Assembly (NCBI GenBank): GCA_903875465.1
Contig: CAIQWB010000102.1
Location: 12,167-76,166, forward strand
From: an uncultured Verrucomicrobia subdivision 3 bacterium
GTDB taxonomy: Bacteria > Verrucomicrobiota > Verrucomicrobiia > Limisphaerales > UBA11358
Length of the DNA: 64,000 bases
Direction: 5' to 3'
The translations under genes and the position numbers were made by a program. Below, piece by piece: positions 1 through 9,941 of the stretch (position 1 is its first letter; each line of letters begins with the position of its first letter). The notes beneath the pieces were generated by a model, which searched no databases, was not told the DNA's origin, and saw nothing but the letters and a program-made list of their open reading frames with translations.

Positions 1-2
1 TG

Positions 3-1103
3 ACCACCCTGTCGCTGGCCTATGCACCTGAATTTGACATTTATCACGAGGCCCCGGCGGAAACGTTCAATGCCCAGCGCATCACCAATGCGATCACCGG
101 GGGTGCCGGGCACTTCACTTTCGGCCTGACCAATGCGTTGGTTTTTGTGGATGGCAGCAGCCAGGCGCCCACTTACCAATTGCCGGCCGGGGCGGCGGAG
201 GATTACAATGTATACGCCATCTCGGCGGCGCGGGAACGGCGGAAACAAATTCAGGACCGTTCGGGCGTGGTGTTGCAGTATGACTTGGACCCGTGCTTTC
301 TCCGGCCGACCGCCACCCTGCTTTATTATGATATGATGACGGACTGGCGGAATGGCGGTTCGGGCACCGGACCGGCCACCCCGGGTTATCTAAATTATGT
401 GGGGCGTGCCGATGTGAATGGCGGCCTGGATGCCGGTTACCGGCTGACCCCGGGTTTGGCCGTCACCCTGGGATACCGCCATGGCCACCAGTATCAGCAA
501 GCGTTACCGCATGCGATTAATACGCTCATGGTGAATGGTCAGCAGGAGCAAAGTTCCAGTGATTATGACCGAATTCTGCTCGGGGTGGAGGGCAACCCGT
601 GGAAAAGGCTGGCGGTGCGGGTGGTGGCGGGGCCGGATTTCCGGGATTACAATGCCGCTGCGCCGGTGGCTAATGACCAGGTGGTGAAGTTTTACGCGGA
701 TGGCTCGTTGAGTTTCGCGATGACCGCCAAACAGAGCATTGCGATCAATGGGAAGCACTGGGAGTGGGTCTCCAGTGTGGGGCGGTTGCCCTGCGCGGAA
801 AATAGCTATGGGCTGGGCTACCATTGGAATGCCACCCGGCAACTGGGCTTCGACTTGGGAGCCCGCTATGGGAACCAGGATTACAACAGCGGTTCCGTTC
901 CCTTGAGCAGCGGTAAATGCTTGCGGAATGATGCCATGGAAACCCTGTCCGCCGGGGTGGGTTATGCGTATAACGCCCATGTGAGTGCGAGCCTGACCTA
1001 CGCCTATAACATGGGGCGCAATCTGGAGGATAACGTCGCCACGGGGGTTTATCGTAAATTTGACCAGCAATTGGTTTCGCTGGGGGTGAAATTCAAGTTC
1101 TGA
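3..1103 (+). CDS. Outer-membrane beta-barrel protein, 5' end truncated by the window edge
   Basis: Frame stays open from nt 3 (TTLSLAYAPEFDIYHE...). Alternating beta-strand pattern rich in Y/G/N. C-terminus ...LVSLGVKFKF ends in the aromatic residue typical of OMPs. Confidence 0.6.
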   Translation, partial: TTLSLAYAPEFDIYHEAPAETFNAQRITNAITGGAGHFTFGLTNALVFVDGSSQAPTYQLPAGAAEDYNVYAISAARERRKQIQDRSGVVLQYDLDPCFLRPTATLLYYDMMTDWRNGGSGTGPATPGYLNYVGRADVNGGLDAGYRLTPGLAVTLGYRHGHQYQQALPHAINTLMVNGQQEQSSSDYDRILLGVEGNPWKRLAVRVVAGPDFRDYNAAAPVANDQVVKFYADGSLSFAMTAKQSIAINGKHWEWVSSVGRLPCAENSYGLGYHWNATRQLGFDLGARYGNQDYNSGSVPLSSGKCLRNDAMETLSAGVGYAYNAHVSASLTYAYNMGRNLEDNVATGVYRKFDQQLVSLGVKFKF

Positions 1104-1280
1104 CGGGGGGGACACAAGGCGCGAGGCGCGGGGCATGGGGCAAGTGCGTAAGAATCAGCTGCCAGGCATCACGCAACGATTAGCGCGAGGGGGTGGTTGG
1201 TGCGGCGCGGGTGGGGGGGAACGGTTTGCCCGATTCCCCACCGCCACCCCGGACCGCCACCAACCCCTGGGCGATGTTAG

Positions 1281-2762
1281 TTATGCTTTCAATTTTCTTT
1301 CCAATATGTCCCCGGCGAGGGCGGGGTTGGCTTTGCCCTTGGAGAGTTTCATGACGTAGCCTTTGAGGGCGTTGAGGGCGGCGGCTTTGCCAGCGCGATA
1401 GTCGGCGACGGGGCCGGGGCTGGCGGCGATGGCTTCGTCGCAGAGTTTTTCGATGGCCCCGGTGTCGCTAACCTGGGCGAGGCCTTTTTCCTGCACGATG
1501 GCGGCGGGGGCCTGGCCGGTGGCGTACATTTCAGCAAAGACTTGTTGCGCGGCGGCGCTGCTGATGGTTTTGGCTTCCACGAGGGCGACGAGTTCCAGCA
1601 GGGCGGCCGGCGGGAATTTAAGGTCCGCCAGGGTAGTCAGTTGCAGGTCGGCGGGTTCGATGCCCAGTTCGGCTTGCTCGGTTTTTTCGCGCTCGTTGGT
1701 TTCGGTGAGCTTGGCGCGGAGGTTGTTGATTACCCAGTTGGCCAGCGCTTTGGGATTGGCTGATTGTTTGGCCAGGGGTTCAAAGTAGTTGCCGAGGGCG
1801 ACGTCGTTTTTAAAGGTTTCGGCATCGGCGGCGGGCAGGGCGTATTCGCGGATGAAGCGCTGTTTGCGGGCCAGGGGCAGCTCAACGACGAGTTTCCGCA
1901 CGTCGGCGAGCCATTCCTCGGTGGGGGCCAGGGGCATCATGTCGGGCTCGGGGAAATAGCGGTAATCGTGCGCGTGTTCCTTGGTGCGCATTTCCTCGGT
2001 GATGCCGGTGGTGTCGTCCCAGCGGCGGGTGGACTGGATGAGCTTGCCGCCTTTTTTTACGACTTCGATCTGGCGGGGGATTTCATATTCCAAGGCGCGG
2101 CGCACCCCGGAGAAGCTGTTCATGTTTTTGATCTCGATCTTGGCCCCCAGCCCGGTGGAGCCCACGGGGCGGACGGAGACATTGACGTCGCAGCGGACCA
2201 TGCCTTTTTCCATGTCGCAATCGCTCACGCCGCCGTAGAGCAGGATGTCCTTGAGGGCATTCAGATATTCATAGGCCATGTCGGCGCTGGTGATGTCGGG
2301 CTCGGACACAATTTCCATGAGCGGCACACCGGCGCGGTTGAAATCCACGCCGCTGTTGCGGTCGAAGTGGAAGCTTTTGCCGACGTCTTCCTCGAGGTGT
2401 GCGCGAGTGATGCGGACGCGGGACAGGCCGCCCTGGAATTCAAATTCCACGAAGCCATTGGCGGTGGAGGGTTTGTCGTACTGGGTGAGCTGGTAGTTTT
2501 TTGGCGCGTCCGGATAGAAATAGTTCTTCCGGTCGAACTTGGCGAACCGGGGGATTTCGCAATTCAGGAGGTAGCCGGTGAGGATGGTTTTGCGCAGGGC
2601 TTCCTCATTGGGCACGGGGAGGACTCCGGGCAGGCCGAGGCAAACGGGGCAGACCTGGGTGTTGGGCGCGGCGCCGTAGGCATTGGCGCAACCGCACCAC
2701 ATTTTCGATTTGGTATTGAGCTGGACGTGCGTTTCCAGGCCGATGACTGCTTCGTATTCCAT
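1281..2762 (-). CDS. gatB: Asp/Glu-tRNA(Asn/Gln) amidotransferase subunit B
   Basis: MEYEAVIGLETHVQLNTKSKMWCGC... is a canonical GatB N-terminus. Start placed at the internal ATG at 2762 (ORF track extends to 2918 through an R/P-rich non-homologous leader). Lies 11 nt downstream of gatA. Confidence 0.93.
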   Translation of the reverse strand: MEYEAVIGLETHVQLNTKSKMWCGCANAYGAAPNTQVCPVCLGLPGVLPVPNEEALRKTILTGYLLNCEIPRFAKFDRKNYFYPDAPKNYQLTQYDKPSTANGFVEFEFQGGLSRVRITRAHLEEDVGKSFHFDRNSGVDFNRAGVPLMEIVSEPDITSADMAYEYLNALKDILLYGGVSDCDMEKGMVRCDVNVSVRPVGSTGLGAKIEIKNMNSFSGVRRALEYEIPRQIEVVKKGGKLIQSTRRWDDTTGITEEMRTKEHAHDYRYFPEPDMMPLAPTEEWLADVRKLVVELPLARKQRFIREYALPAADAETFKNDVALGNYFEPLAKQSANPKALANWVINNLRAKLTETNEREKTEQAELGIEPADLQLTTLADLKFPPAALLELVALVEAKTISSAAAQQVFAEMYATGQAPAAIVQEKGLAQVSDTGAIEKLCDEAIAASPGPVADYRAGKAAALNALKGYVMKLSKGKANPALAGDILERKLKA

Positions 2763-2773
2763 GATAAAATAAG

Positions 2774-4258
2774 TTAGGCGAGGGTGCCGGGTTTTTCGCG
2801 ATGCCAGGGGGTGCTTTGCTCGTAGGCGTGGGCCAGTTTCAGCAGGGTGGCTTCGCCGAAGGGCTGGCCGAGCAGTTGCAAGCCGATGGGCAGCTTGGGG
2901 TTGGTGGTGAAGCCGCACGGCAGGCTGATGCCGCTGATGCCGGCGAGATTGCAGGAAATCGTGAAGATGTCGGACAAATACATTTGCAGGGGATCGCCTG
3001 ATTTTTCGCCGATCTTGAACGCAGCAGTCGGGGTGGTGGGGGTGATAATGGCGTCCACTTGCTTGAAGGCCGCCAGAAAGTCATTGCGGATGAGGGTACG
3101 GACTTTTTGGGCGCGCAAATAATAGGCGTCATAGTACCCACTGCTCAGCACATAGGTGCCGAGGATGATGCGGCGTTTGACTTCCGCGCCGAAGCCCGCG
3201 CCCCGGGTGCGGGTGTAGAGTTCCAAGGGATCCGCGCCGTCCACGCGCTGGCCGTAACGAATGCCGTCGAACCGGGCCAGGTTGGCCGAGGCTTCAGCGG
3301 TGGCCACGATATAATAGGTGGCGACCGCGTAATCGGTATGGGGCAGGGAAATATCCACGATTTCCGCGCCGAGGGCGAGGTACTGCTGGATGGCGGCATC
3401 CACCGAGGCCTTGACCTCCGGGTCCAATCCGCCGATCAGATATTCCTTGGGCACGCCCAGTTTGAGGCCGCGAATATTGCCATCCAGCGCGGCCACGTAG
3501 TCGGGTACGGGGACATCCACACTGGTGGAATCTTTGGGATCAAGCCCGCTGATGACGCCGAGCACGCGGGCGGAATCTTCGATATTTTTGGTGAACGGGC
3601 CGATTTGGTCCAAGGAGGAGGCAAAGGCGGTGAGCCCGTAGCGGGAAACCCGCCCGTAGGTGGGTTTCAAGCCTACGCAACCGCACAGGGCGGCGGGCTG
3701 GCGAATGGAACCGCCGGTATCGGTGCCGAGGGTGGCAATGGCTTCATCGGCGGCCACGGCGGCAGCGGAACCGCCGGAGGAACCGCCGGGAATGCGGGCG
3801 GGGTCCCAGGGATTGCGGGTAATGCCGAAGGCGGAGGTTTCGGTGCTGCTGCCCATGGCGAATTCGTCCATGTTCAACCGGCCAAAAATCACGGCCCCAG
3901 CGGCCCGCATTTTTTCAATGACGGTGGCATCGTAAGGGGAGACGAATTTGCCCAGAATTTTGGACCCGCAATTCAGCGGATGATCCTTCACGGCCAGCAC
4001 ATCCTTGATGGCGATGGGGATGCCGAGGAGGGGTTTTTGCGCGATCGTGACCCCGGCGGCCAGCTCACGGTCGGCAGCATCGGCCTGGGCGAGGGCATCG
4101 GCGGGATTATGGCTGATGAAGGCATGCACGGTGCCGTCCACGCGGGCGATCTGGTCCAGGCAGGCCTGGGTGATTTCGCGGGCGGAAATCTCCCGGCGGG
4201 CGAGCCGGCCGGTGAGTTCGGAGATGCTCAATTGATTGAGCGATAATGCGTTGGGCAT
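2774..4258 (-). CDS. gatA: Glu-tRNA(Gln) amidotransferase subunit A (amidase signature family)
   Basis: Amidase signature [13 protein letters not shown] and full-length GatA-like sequence, sitting between gatC and gatB. Confidence 0.95.
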   Translation of the reverse strand: MPNALSLNQLSISELTGRLARREISAREITQACLDQIARVDGTVHAFISHNPADALAQADAADRELAAGVTIAQKPLLGIPIAIKDVLAVKDHPLNCGSKILGKFVSPYDATVIEKMRAAGAVIFGRLNMDEFAMGSSTETSAFGITRNPWDPARIPGGSSGGSAAAVAADEAIATLGTDTGGSIRQPAALCGCVGLKPTYGRVSRYGLTAFASSLDQIGPFTKNIEDSARVLGVISGLDPKDSTSVDVPVPDYVAALDGNIRGLKLGVPKEYLIGGLDPEVKASVDAAIQQYLALGAEIVDISLPHTDYAVATYYIVATAEASANLARFDGIRYGQRVDGADPLELYTRTRGAGFGAEVKRRIILGTYVLSSGYYDAYYLRAQKVRTLIRNDFLAAFKQVDAIITPTTPTAAFKIGEKSGDPLQMYLSDIFTISCNLAGISGISLPCGFTTNPKLPIGLQLLGQPFGEATLLKLAHAYEQSTPWHREKPGTLA

Positions 4259-4263
4259 GGGAA

Positions 4264-4551
4264 TTATTCGACGATCTTGGGTACGAGGAACAGTCCGTTG
4301 GCCTGGGCGGGGGCGTTGGCCAGGGCGGCTTCATGGGGAAGGGAAGGGCATACCACGTCCGGGCGCAGGACGTTGACCATGGGCACGGCGTGGGCCGTGG
4401 GTTCCACGCCGGTCACGTCGAGTTCCTTCAATTTTTCAATGTAGCCGAGAATGCCCGCCAGACGGGCGGACATAGTTGCTTCCTCATCGGGGGTGAGCCC
4501 GATGCGCGCGAGGTGCGCGACATATTTCACATCAATATCAGTGGCAGCCAT
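4264..4551 (-). CDS. gatC: Asp/Glu-tRNA amidotransferase subunit C
   Basis: 95 aa; [17 protein letters not shown]...L..IL.YIE.L is GatC-like. Lies 5 nt upstream of gatA. Confidence 0.9.
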   Translation of the reverse strand: MAATDIDVKYVAHLARIGLTPDEEATMSARLAGILGYIEKLKELDVTGVEPTAHAVPMVNVLRPDVVCPSLPHEAALANAPAQANGLFLVPKIVE

Positions 4552-4695
4552 GCCCCCAGATTAAAGTCCGCGGGGCTGAGTTCAAAGTGTAAAGTTGAGG
4601 AACCCATAAACCCACCGAAGGGGGGAAGCTCCAAATTCCAAGCGCCAAGATCCAATGAAGTTGCAAGCACTCAACTTCAATGGAGGGTCTACCGG

Positions 4696-5835
4696 TCATG
4701 GATTCGCCGGATGGTAGTCGTGCCAGAGCCATTCGAGGGCTTCGGGGAGGGTTTGTTGTTTGACGGCGTGGTCGGTATGGCCGGCGTTGCGGGCGAAGAG
4801 AAATTGGTAATGGTAGCCCTTGGCGGCCAGCACGCTGGCCATATTTTCGTTGGCGACGACCCAGTCGTGCATGTTGTCGCACATGACATTGGGGTTAAAA
4901 AGGTCACGGTCGCCGACTTCGAGCCAGAGGCGAAGGGGTTTGACGGGGCTTTCGAGGATTAAGTGTTGATGGAATTCCCAGGCTCCACCGGGGGTGGCGG
5001 GATTATAGGGCCATTGCTGATTCACAAAGGTGCCGGAATAGGTGAGCACCCGATGGTATAATTCGGGATGGTACCAGGCCATGATCAGGGCGCAGGAACC
5101 GCCGGAGCTGCCGCCCATGGTGGCCCGGGCCCCGGGGTCTTTAGTGAGGGTGACGTGGCATTGCTTTTCCACCAACGGCAGCACTTCAGCTTCGACGAAC
5201 TCGGCATATTTGCCGGACATGGTGTCGTATTCGAGGCCGCGCTCGCTGCCCTGGGCATCGCCACTGCCGTTGCCGATGGAGATGGCCACCATGGCGGGCA
5301 CCCGCTGCTGGGCGATGAGGTTGTCCAAGGCGGTGAACAAGGCGTGATCGGGGCCGTCGGCGCCAACGATAAAGGGGGCAGTGGTGCCAGGGACGTATTG
5401 GGCGGGCACATAAACGGCCACTTTGCGGGTGTAGGGGGCCGGGTGGCTGGTGGTGACGATCAGTTTGCCGGGTTCCCCAGGCAACGTGGTGCCGAAGGTG
5501 CCGGGATCGCGGGCGATACCGGGGTAATATTTGCTGTCGGCCGAACTCATGGTGAAGTGGTAAACCCTCCCCTCCGGCACATTGGTGGATGCGGTCATTT
5601 CCGGGGCGGGCGGGTGCGCGGGGCCCAGGATGAAATTGCCCTCAACAGTGACGGACGGAAGGGTGCCGTCGGGCAAATCGGTGGCCGTGACGTAACCGGG
5701 CGTGTGGGCGTCGCGCGCAGGCGGAGCCGGGCGCGGCGGGCGTGACGGGGCGACCATGGCCGGTTGGGCGATGACCGGGGTGGTTAACACGGTGCCGAGG
5801 AGCGCGGCGAGCAGGGCTGACTTGGCCAGATTCAT
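4696..5835 (-). CDS. Secreted esterase-family alpha/beta hydrolase (putative esterase / enterochelin-esterase-like)
   Basis: Signal peptide MNLAKSALLAALLGTVLTTPVIAQP when started at ATG 5835. Contains MGGSSGGSCALIMAWYHPELY and NAGHTDH, typical of the 'putative esterase' fold. Confidence 0.7.
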   Translation of the reverse strand: MNLAKSALLAALLGTVLTTPVIAQPAMVAPSRPPRPAPPARDAHTPGYVTATDLPDGTLPSVTVEGNFILGPAHPPAPEMTASTNVPEGRVYHFTMSSADSKYYPGIARDPGTFGTTLPGEPGKLIVTTSHPAPYTRKVAVYVPAQYVPGTTAPFIVGADGPDHALFTALDNLIAQQRVPAMVAISIGNGSGDAQGSERGLEYDTMSGKYAEFVEAEVLPLVEKQCHVTLTKDPGARATMGGSSGGSCALIMAWYHPELYHRVLTYSGTFVNQQWPYNPATPGGAWEFHQHLILESPVKPLRLWLEVGDRDLFNPNVMCDNMHDWVVANENMASVLAAKGYHYQFLFARNAGHTDHAVKQQTLPEALEWLWHDYHPANP

Positions 5836-5842
5836 AGTGCAA

Positions 5843-6787
5843 TTATTGCGAGATGACGCGGTAGAATGTGCCGACATTAACCGGGGTTTGGGGCGCGGAA
5901 AAGGATAATCCACCGGTTGTGTTGGTGGCCAGCGGGACAGCGATGGTGGCCCAATCCACGAGATTGCTGCTGCTTTGGACCAGGAAACTGGGGATATCCT
6001 GGGCGGAGAGGACGCTGCCGTCGCCGTCGCTGAAACTTACATGCACTTGATGGGGGGCCGAATCTAAAATGGAAGTTAATAGCTGGGGCACTAATACATG
6101 CAACTGGGCAGTGCGGGTGAACGTCCCCGCATCGGTAGTAATACTGACGAGGTAGGTTCCGGCAGCCCGGCGGTCCAGGGCTGGCAGATAAAGGAAGGAA
6201 TTGGTCTGGTCAGGCAGGCTGGTTGAGTTCTTGAACCATTGATAGCTGACCGAACCGAAGTCGGCGTCAAAGGTGTTGGTGGTTAAGAATAACGCGCTGG
6301 TGCCGGCTTGGGCAGTCAGGTTGGTGACCAAGGTGGCGAGGGTGCACAGGCGGGGAGGAGAGGCAACGGCGATGGGACCGCCCGGACCGGTGGTAATGGT
6401 GCCTCCACCAAGCGTGGCTCCGTCGGTGATCATTATCGTGCCACCGCCGGATGATGATGATATGGGGCCGGATCCCAAAATGATTTGCTGGCCGGCCGAG
6501 AGGCTGATGGTCCAATTGGCACCGGAATGGAGGACGGTGCCGGACTGAACGACAATGTTGCTGCCGGCTTGGGCCGACAGGTGGCCATTGATTCCGGCGG
6601 GGAGTTCGGGCAAGTACAAGTCACCGCCGGAGAAAATAATATTGCCCGTGGCTTGCAGTTCGATGTTGGTTTGCCCGGCGTAGGCCGAGAACGAATTGAT
6701 GACGAGGTCATCGGCCATAACTTGGGCGGGGATGAGCACGAGCAGGGTTAAAAATAAGATGGCCGCCAAAGAACGTCGCCGATTCAT
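5843..6787 (-). CDS. Secreted protein: beta-helix-like N-terminal part, Ig-like domain, C-terminal beta-sandwich ending FYRVISQ
   Basis: Signal peptide MNRRRSLAAILFLTLLVLIPAQVMA. Ig-like signature YQWFKN...AGTYLV. C-terminal motif shared with the two giant proteins in this window. Confidence 0.7.
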   Translation of the reverse strand: MNRRRSLAAILFLTLLVLIPAQVMADDLVINSFSAYAGQTNIELQATGNIIFSGGDLYLPELPAGINGHLSAQAGSNIVVQSGTVLHSGANWTISLSAGQQIILGSGPISSSSGGGTIMITDGATLGGGTITTGPGGPIAVASPPRLCTLATLVTNLTAQAGTSALFLTTNTFDADFGSVSYQWFKNSTSLPDQTNSFLYLPALDRRAAGTYLVSITTDAGTFTRTAQLHVLVPQLLTSILDSAPHQVHVSFSDGDGSVLSAQDIPSFLVQSSSNLVDWATIAVPLATNTTGGLSFSAPQTPVNVGTFYRVISQ

Positions 6788-6976
6788 AGGAAACTATTAA
6801 ATGGTTTTTGCCACTAATGTAAAGCGGCGGACGGTTACGTTATTAGTGCGAGGGAGTGAGCACTTGGGGAAGTTTTATCGGGAACGGCAGGCAAATTTAG
6901 AATCCAAACGTTATAGTAACAGCGGTTTACGTAAAAACCGTTGTGACGGTGGGGGGATTGCGTTTAGAGTGGGGCA

Positions 6977-7837
6977 GTGCAAAAGGGTCTGGCCAAAATA
7001 TTTAAGCATGCGAATGTGGATTTTCTCCGCAGCATTCCCCAGCCAAAGTCGTTTACCGACATTTTGGGCAGGAAGTTATTTCTTTTTTTGCTCAGCCTGC
7101 AGGGGATTGGCGCCTTTGCCTTGATCACACTGGGGGTCATGTTGCGCAAGCGGCGGGTGGCGGTAAAGGTGATGCACCCCCGCATCCGGGAGGAAATCCG
7201 GCGGTCCGGGGTGGCGTTGCTGCCCATGTTTTTTCTGATGGCCATGGGCCTGGGATTTTTGGTGGTGGGCCAGACAGTGGCGGCGCTGGCGAAAGTGGGG
7301 GCGATCAATTATTTGGGTTCCACCATGGTGATCGTGGTGGTGCGGGAATTGGGACCACTGCTGACGGCGATGCTCCTGCTGGCGCGGGTGGGGACTGCCC
7401 ACGTGATTGAACTGGGCACGGCGCGGGCGCTGGGCGAGGTGGAAGTACTGGAGACGCTGGGGATTGATCCGGTGCATTACTTGATCGTGCCGCGGGTGAT
7501 CGGAATGATGGCGGGCATGTTTTCGCTGGCGGTTTACCTGATCATTGGGTCCTTGCTGGCGGGCTATTTATGCGCCTTTATCCAGGATGTGCCGCTGACG
7601 CCGGGGGATTATTTCAAGGAGCTGGCCAGCGCGCTCACCGGACTGGATTTTGTGATGCTGGGCCTGAAGACAGTGATTTTTGGCTTCTGCATTGCCATGG
7701 TGGCTTGTTACCACGGGCTGGCCCAACCGTTGCGACTGGAGGACGTGTCCCGGGTGGCGATTCGGGCGGTAACGCAGGGGGTGGTGGTGTGTGTGCTGGT
7801 TGACCTGGCTTTCATTGTAATTTACACCCTAGCATGA
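6977..7837 (+). CDS. MlaE/YrbE-like ABC transporter permease
   Basis: Multi-TM protein with the MlaE-like stretch REL.PLLTAMLLLARVGTA...ELGTAR..GEVEVLETLGIDP. ATGA overlap with the downstream ATPase gene. Confidence 0.8.
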   Translation: MQKGLAKIFKHANVDFLRSIPQPKSFTDILGRKLFLFLLSLQGIGAFALITLGVMLRKRRVAVKVMHPRIREEIRRSGVALLPMFFLMAMGLGFLVVGQTVAALAKVGAINYLGSTMVIVVVRELGPLLTAMLLLARVGTAHVIELGTARALGEVEVLETLGIDPVHYLIVPRVIGMMAGMFSLAVYLIIGSLLAGYLCAFIQDVPLTPGDYFKELASALTGLDFVMLGLKTVIFGFCIAMVACYHGLAQPLRLEDVSRVAIRAVTQGVVVCVLVDLAFIVIYTLA

Positions 7838-8625
7838 GCACTCCAAACCCAACCCCAACCCTGGACATACTGATGCAGGACGTGCAAGTGGGGTCTTTCC
7901 GGGACATGCACGTGCCGGTGCTGACCGGTGTCAACTGGACGGTCACGCCGGGTGATTTTTGGGTGGTGGCGGGGCTGCCTGGGTCGGGCAAAACGGATTT
8001 GCTGAGGCTGGCGGCTGGGCTGATGCCGCCGCTGGCGGGTAGTTACCGATTGTTTGGTCGCGAAACGCGGGACTATGGGGAGGCGGAAATAGCGGAGCGG
8101 TTGAAGGTGGTTCTGGTGCCGGAGCACGGGCAGATGTTCAGCCAGTTGACCATCGCCGAGAACATTGCCCTGCCGTTGCGGTATCAGCGCAATTTGGACG
8201 CGGAGGAGGCGGTGCGGGAAATCCTCGGTTTGCTGGAATTACTGGATTTGCTGCCATTTGCCGACGCCTCGCCGGCCAGTTTGAGCCGGGACTGGCTCAA
8301 ACGCGCCGCCCTCGCCCGCGCGTTGGTGCTGCGGCCGCGCTTGCTCTTGTGCGACCATCCGCTCAGCGGTCTGGGAACCCGGCACCGCCAGTGGTGGCTG
8401 CGGTTTCTGAACCAGCTGGGACAGGGACATAACTATTTTGACAGGTTGCCGATGACGCTGGTGGTGACGGCGGCGGATTTGGCACCTTGGCAGAACCACG
8501 GCAGCCAGTTTGCACTGCTCCGCGGCGGACAGTTTTTACCGCTGGGAACCTGGGCCGGGGTCATCCAGTCCACCGACCCGACCGTGGGTGAATTACTCGC
8601 ATCCGCGCCAGCGGCAACCTCTTAA
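7834..8625 (+). CDS. MlaF-like ABC ATPase subunit with degenerate catalytic motifs
   Basis: Walker A GLPGSGKT is intact. Signature is LSRDW (not LSGGQ), Walker B is LLLCDHP (D-H, not D-E), and the H-switch position reads VVTAADL. KRAALARAL matches MlaF RRAALARAI. Confidence 0.75.
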   Translation: MSTPNPTPTLDILMQDVQVGSFRDMHVPVLTGVNWTVTPGDFWVVAGLPGSGKTDLLRLAAGLMPPLAGSYRLFGRETRDYGEAEIAERLKVVLVPEHGQMFSQLTIAENIALPLRYQRNLDAEEAVREILGLLELLDLLPFADASPASLSRDWLKRAALARALVLRPRLLLCDHPLSGLGTRHRQWWLRFLNQLGQGHNYFDRLPMTLVVTAADLAPWQNHGSQFALLRGGQFLPLGTWAGVIQSTDPTVGELLASAPAATS

Positions 8626-8639
8626 CCAAAAGAAATGAT

Positions 8640-9935
8640 ATGGCTTTGCAAGATTTAACACCGCAATTACGCACCCAACTGAACCGCACGGAACGGGCGG
8701 TGGGCTGGTTTGTGTTCGTGGCCGTCGCCCTGCTGCTGTTGGGGTTTGGCTGTTATATCTACGAGACCGCTCAGGAACGTGGCTGGTTTGTGATCAAGGC
8801 CAAATTTCACACCTACGTGATCAGCTCCGCCGGGCTGACAGTGGGTGACCCCGTATTCATGATGGGTTTTCGGGTCGGCAACATCACCCAGGTAAAACCC
8901 AAGCCGCCGGGCAACGCGCACAATGTGGAGCTGGAATTTGAGGTGCGCGATGATTATTTCCGGTACATCTGGCAGCGCGGCTCGGTGGTGCTGGTCAATT
9001 CCGCCGGCTTCATCGGCGCCCGGCAACTGGAGGTCACACGCGGCACCAATGGCTATGAAATATGTGTCACCCAGCCGGTGTTTGATAAAACCATCCCGGA
9101 GATCGAAACCGACGTCGCCGAGGAGCCCGGCCACTGGCAGCTCGCCCAGGATGTGTTTGATGCCAGTTCCAATATTGTTTATAAAGCATTTACTGTCCTG
9201 GATGCCACCAATGTGCCATTGATGTCCGGGTTGTACACATTGGTGGGTGGGACCAATCTGGTGCGCGTGGCCGATTTGCCGCCACCCGACAACACACTGT
9301 GCGTTTACAACAACACCATCAACCGCAACCGGATTGTGGCCTCCTGGCACGACCGCCAGCACAAATACATCAATTTCACCCCCGAAAAAGATTCCGCCTG
9401 GTTGCAATCGGTGGAACCAGTTGGGGTGGGCGACCGGCTGGCCCAAGTGGTGACGCAGGTGCAGCAGGCGCTGCCCGGTTTCTTCGCGCTGACCAATCAA
9501 CTGGCCCGCATTCTGGACAATACCGCCAACCTGACGTCCAACCTGAATGCCACCGTGGTGGAGGTGCGCCCGGCCATGACCAATATTGTCCAGTTGACGG
9601 CACTAATGCACCAGCCCGGCGGGGTGGGCACGATGGCGCTGGGGACCAATGGCCCGGCGCAGCTTGCCGAGGCATTGGAAAAGGTTAATCTGCTGCTCGC
9701 CAGCTCAAACACCAACCTGGACGCGCTGGTGGAGGGTCTCTTGCCGACGCTGGAGCATGTTTCGGATATTACCAGCAATCTCAGCGTGCAAGTTCATAAC
9801 AGCCCCACCATGCTGCCCGGCATGGCTAAGACGATCACGGACACGGACGACATGATTCAGGGGCTTAAGCGCCACTGGCTGCTCCGTTCGGCGTTTAAGA
9901 AAAAGCCCGGGGAAACCAACAGCGTGGCGCATTGA
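8640..9935 (+). CDS. MlaD/MCE-domain protein with long C-terminal helical extension
   Basis: N-terminal TM followed by an MCE-like core (GLTVGDPVFMMGFRVGNITQV). Third gene of the EFD arrangement. Confidence 0.75.
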   Translation: MALQDLTPQLRTQLNRTERAVGWFVFVAVALLLLGFGCYIYETAQERGWFVIKAKFHTYVISSAGLTVGDPVFMMGFRVGNITQVKPKPPGNAHNVELEFEVRDDYFRYIWQRGSVVLVNSAGFIGARQLEVTRGTNGYEICVTQPVFDKTIPEIETDVAEEPGHWQLAQDVFDASSNIVYKAFTVLDATNVPLMSGLYTLVGGTNLVRVADLPPPDNTLCVYNNTINRNRIVASWHDRQHKYINFTPEKDSAWLQSVEPVGVGDRLAQVVTQVQQALPGFFALTNQLARILDNTANLTSNLNATVVEVRPAMTNIVQLTALMHQPGGVGTMALGTNGPAQLAEALEKVNLLLASSNTNLDALVEGLLPTLEHVSDITSNLSVQVHNSPTMLPGMAKTITDTDDMIQGLKRHWLLRSAFKKKPGETNSVAH

Positions 9936-9941
9936 AAGCCA

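Noticed and set aside
1281-2918. Longest-ORF start for gatB (545 aa)
   Set aside because: The extra 52 N-terminal codons are R/P/H-rich, overlap gatA and have no GatB homology. MEYEAVIGLETH at ATG 2762 is the canonical start.
1764-4246. Long plus-strand ORFs (337 aa and 395 aa) opposite gatB and gatA
   Set aside because: These are G/A/V/D-rich shadow frames opposite strongly recognisable genes. The same explanation covers 5068-5745, 8667-9500, 12093-12902, 13092-13901, 35374-36525, 40958-42484 and 61756-63012, and the many short R/P-rich ORFs inside the two giant genes.
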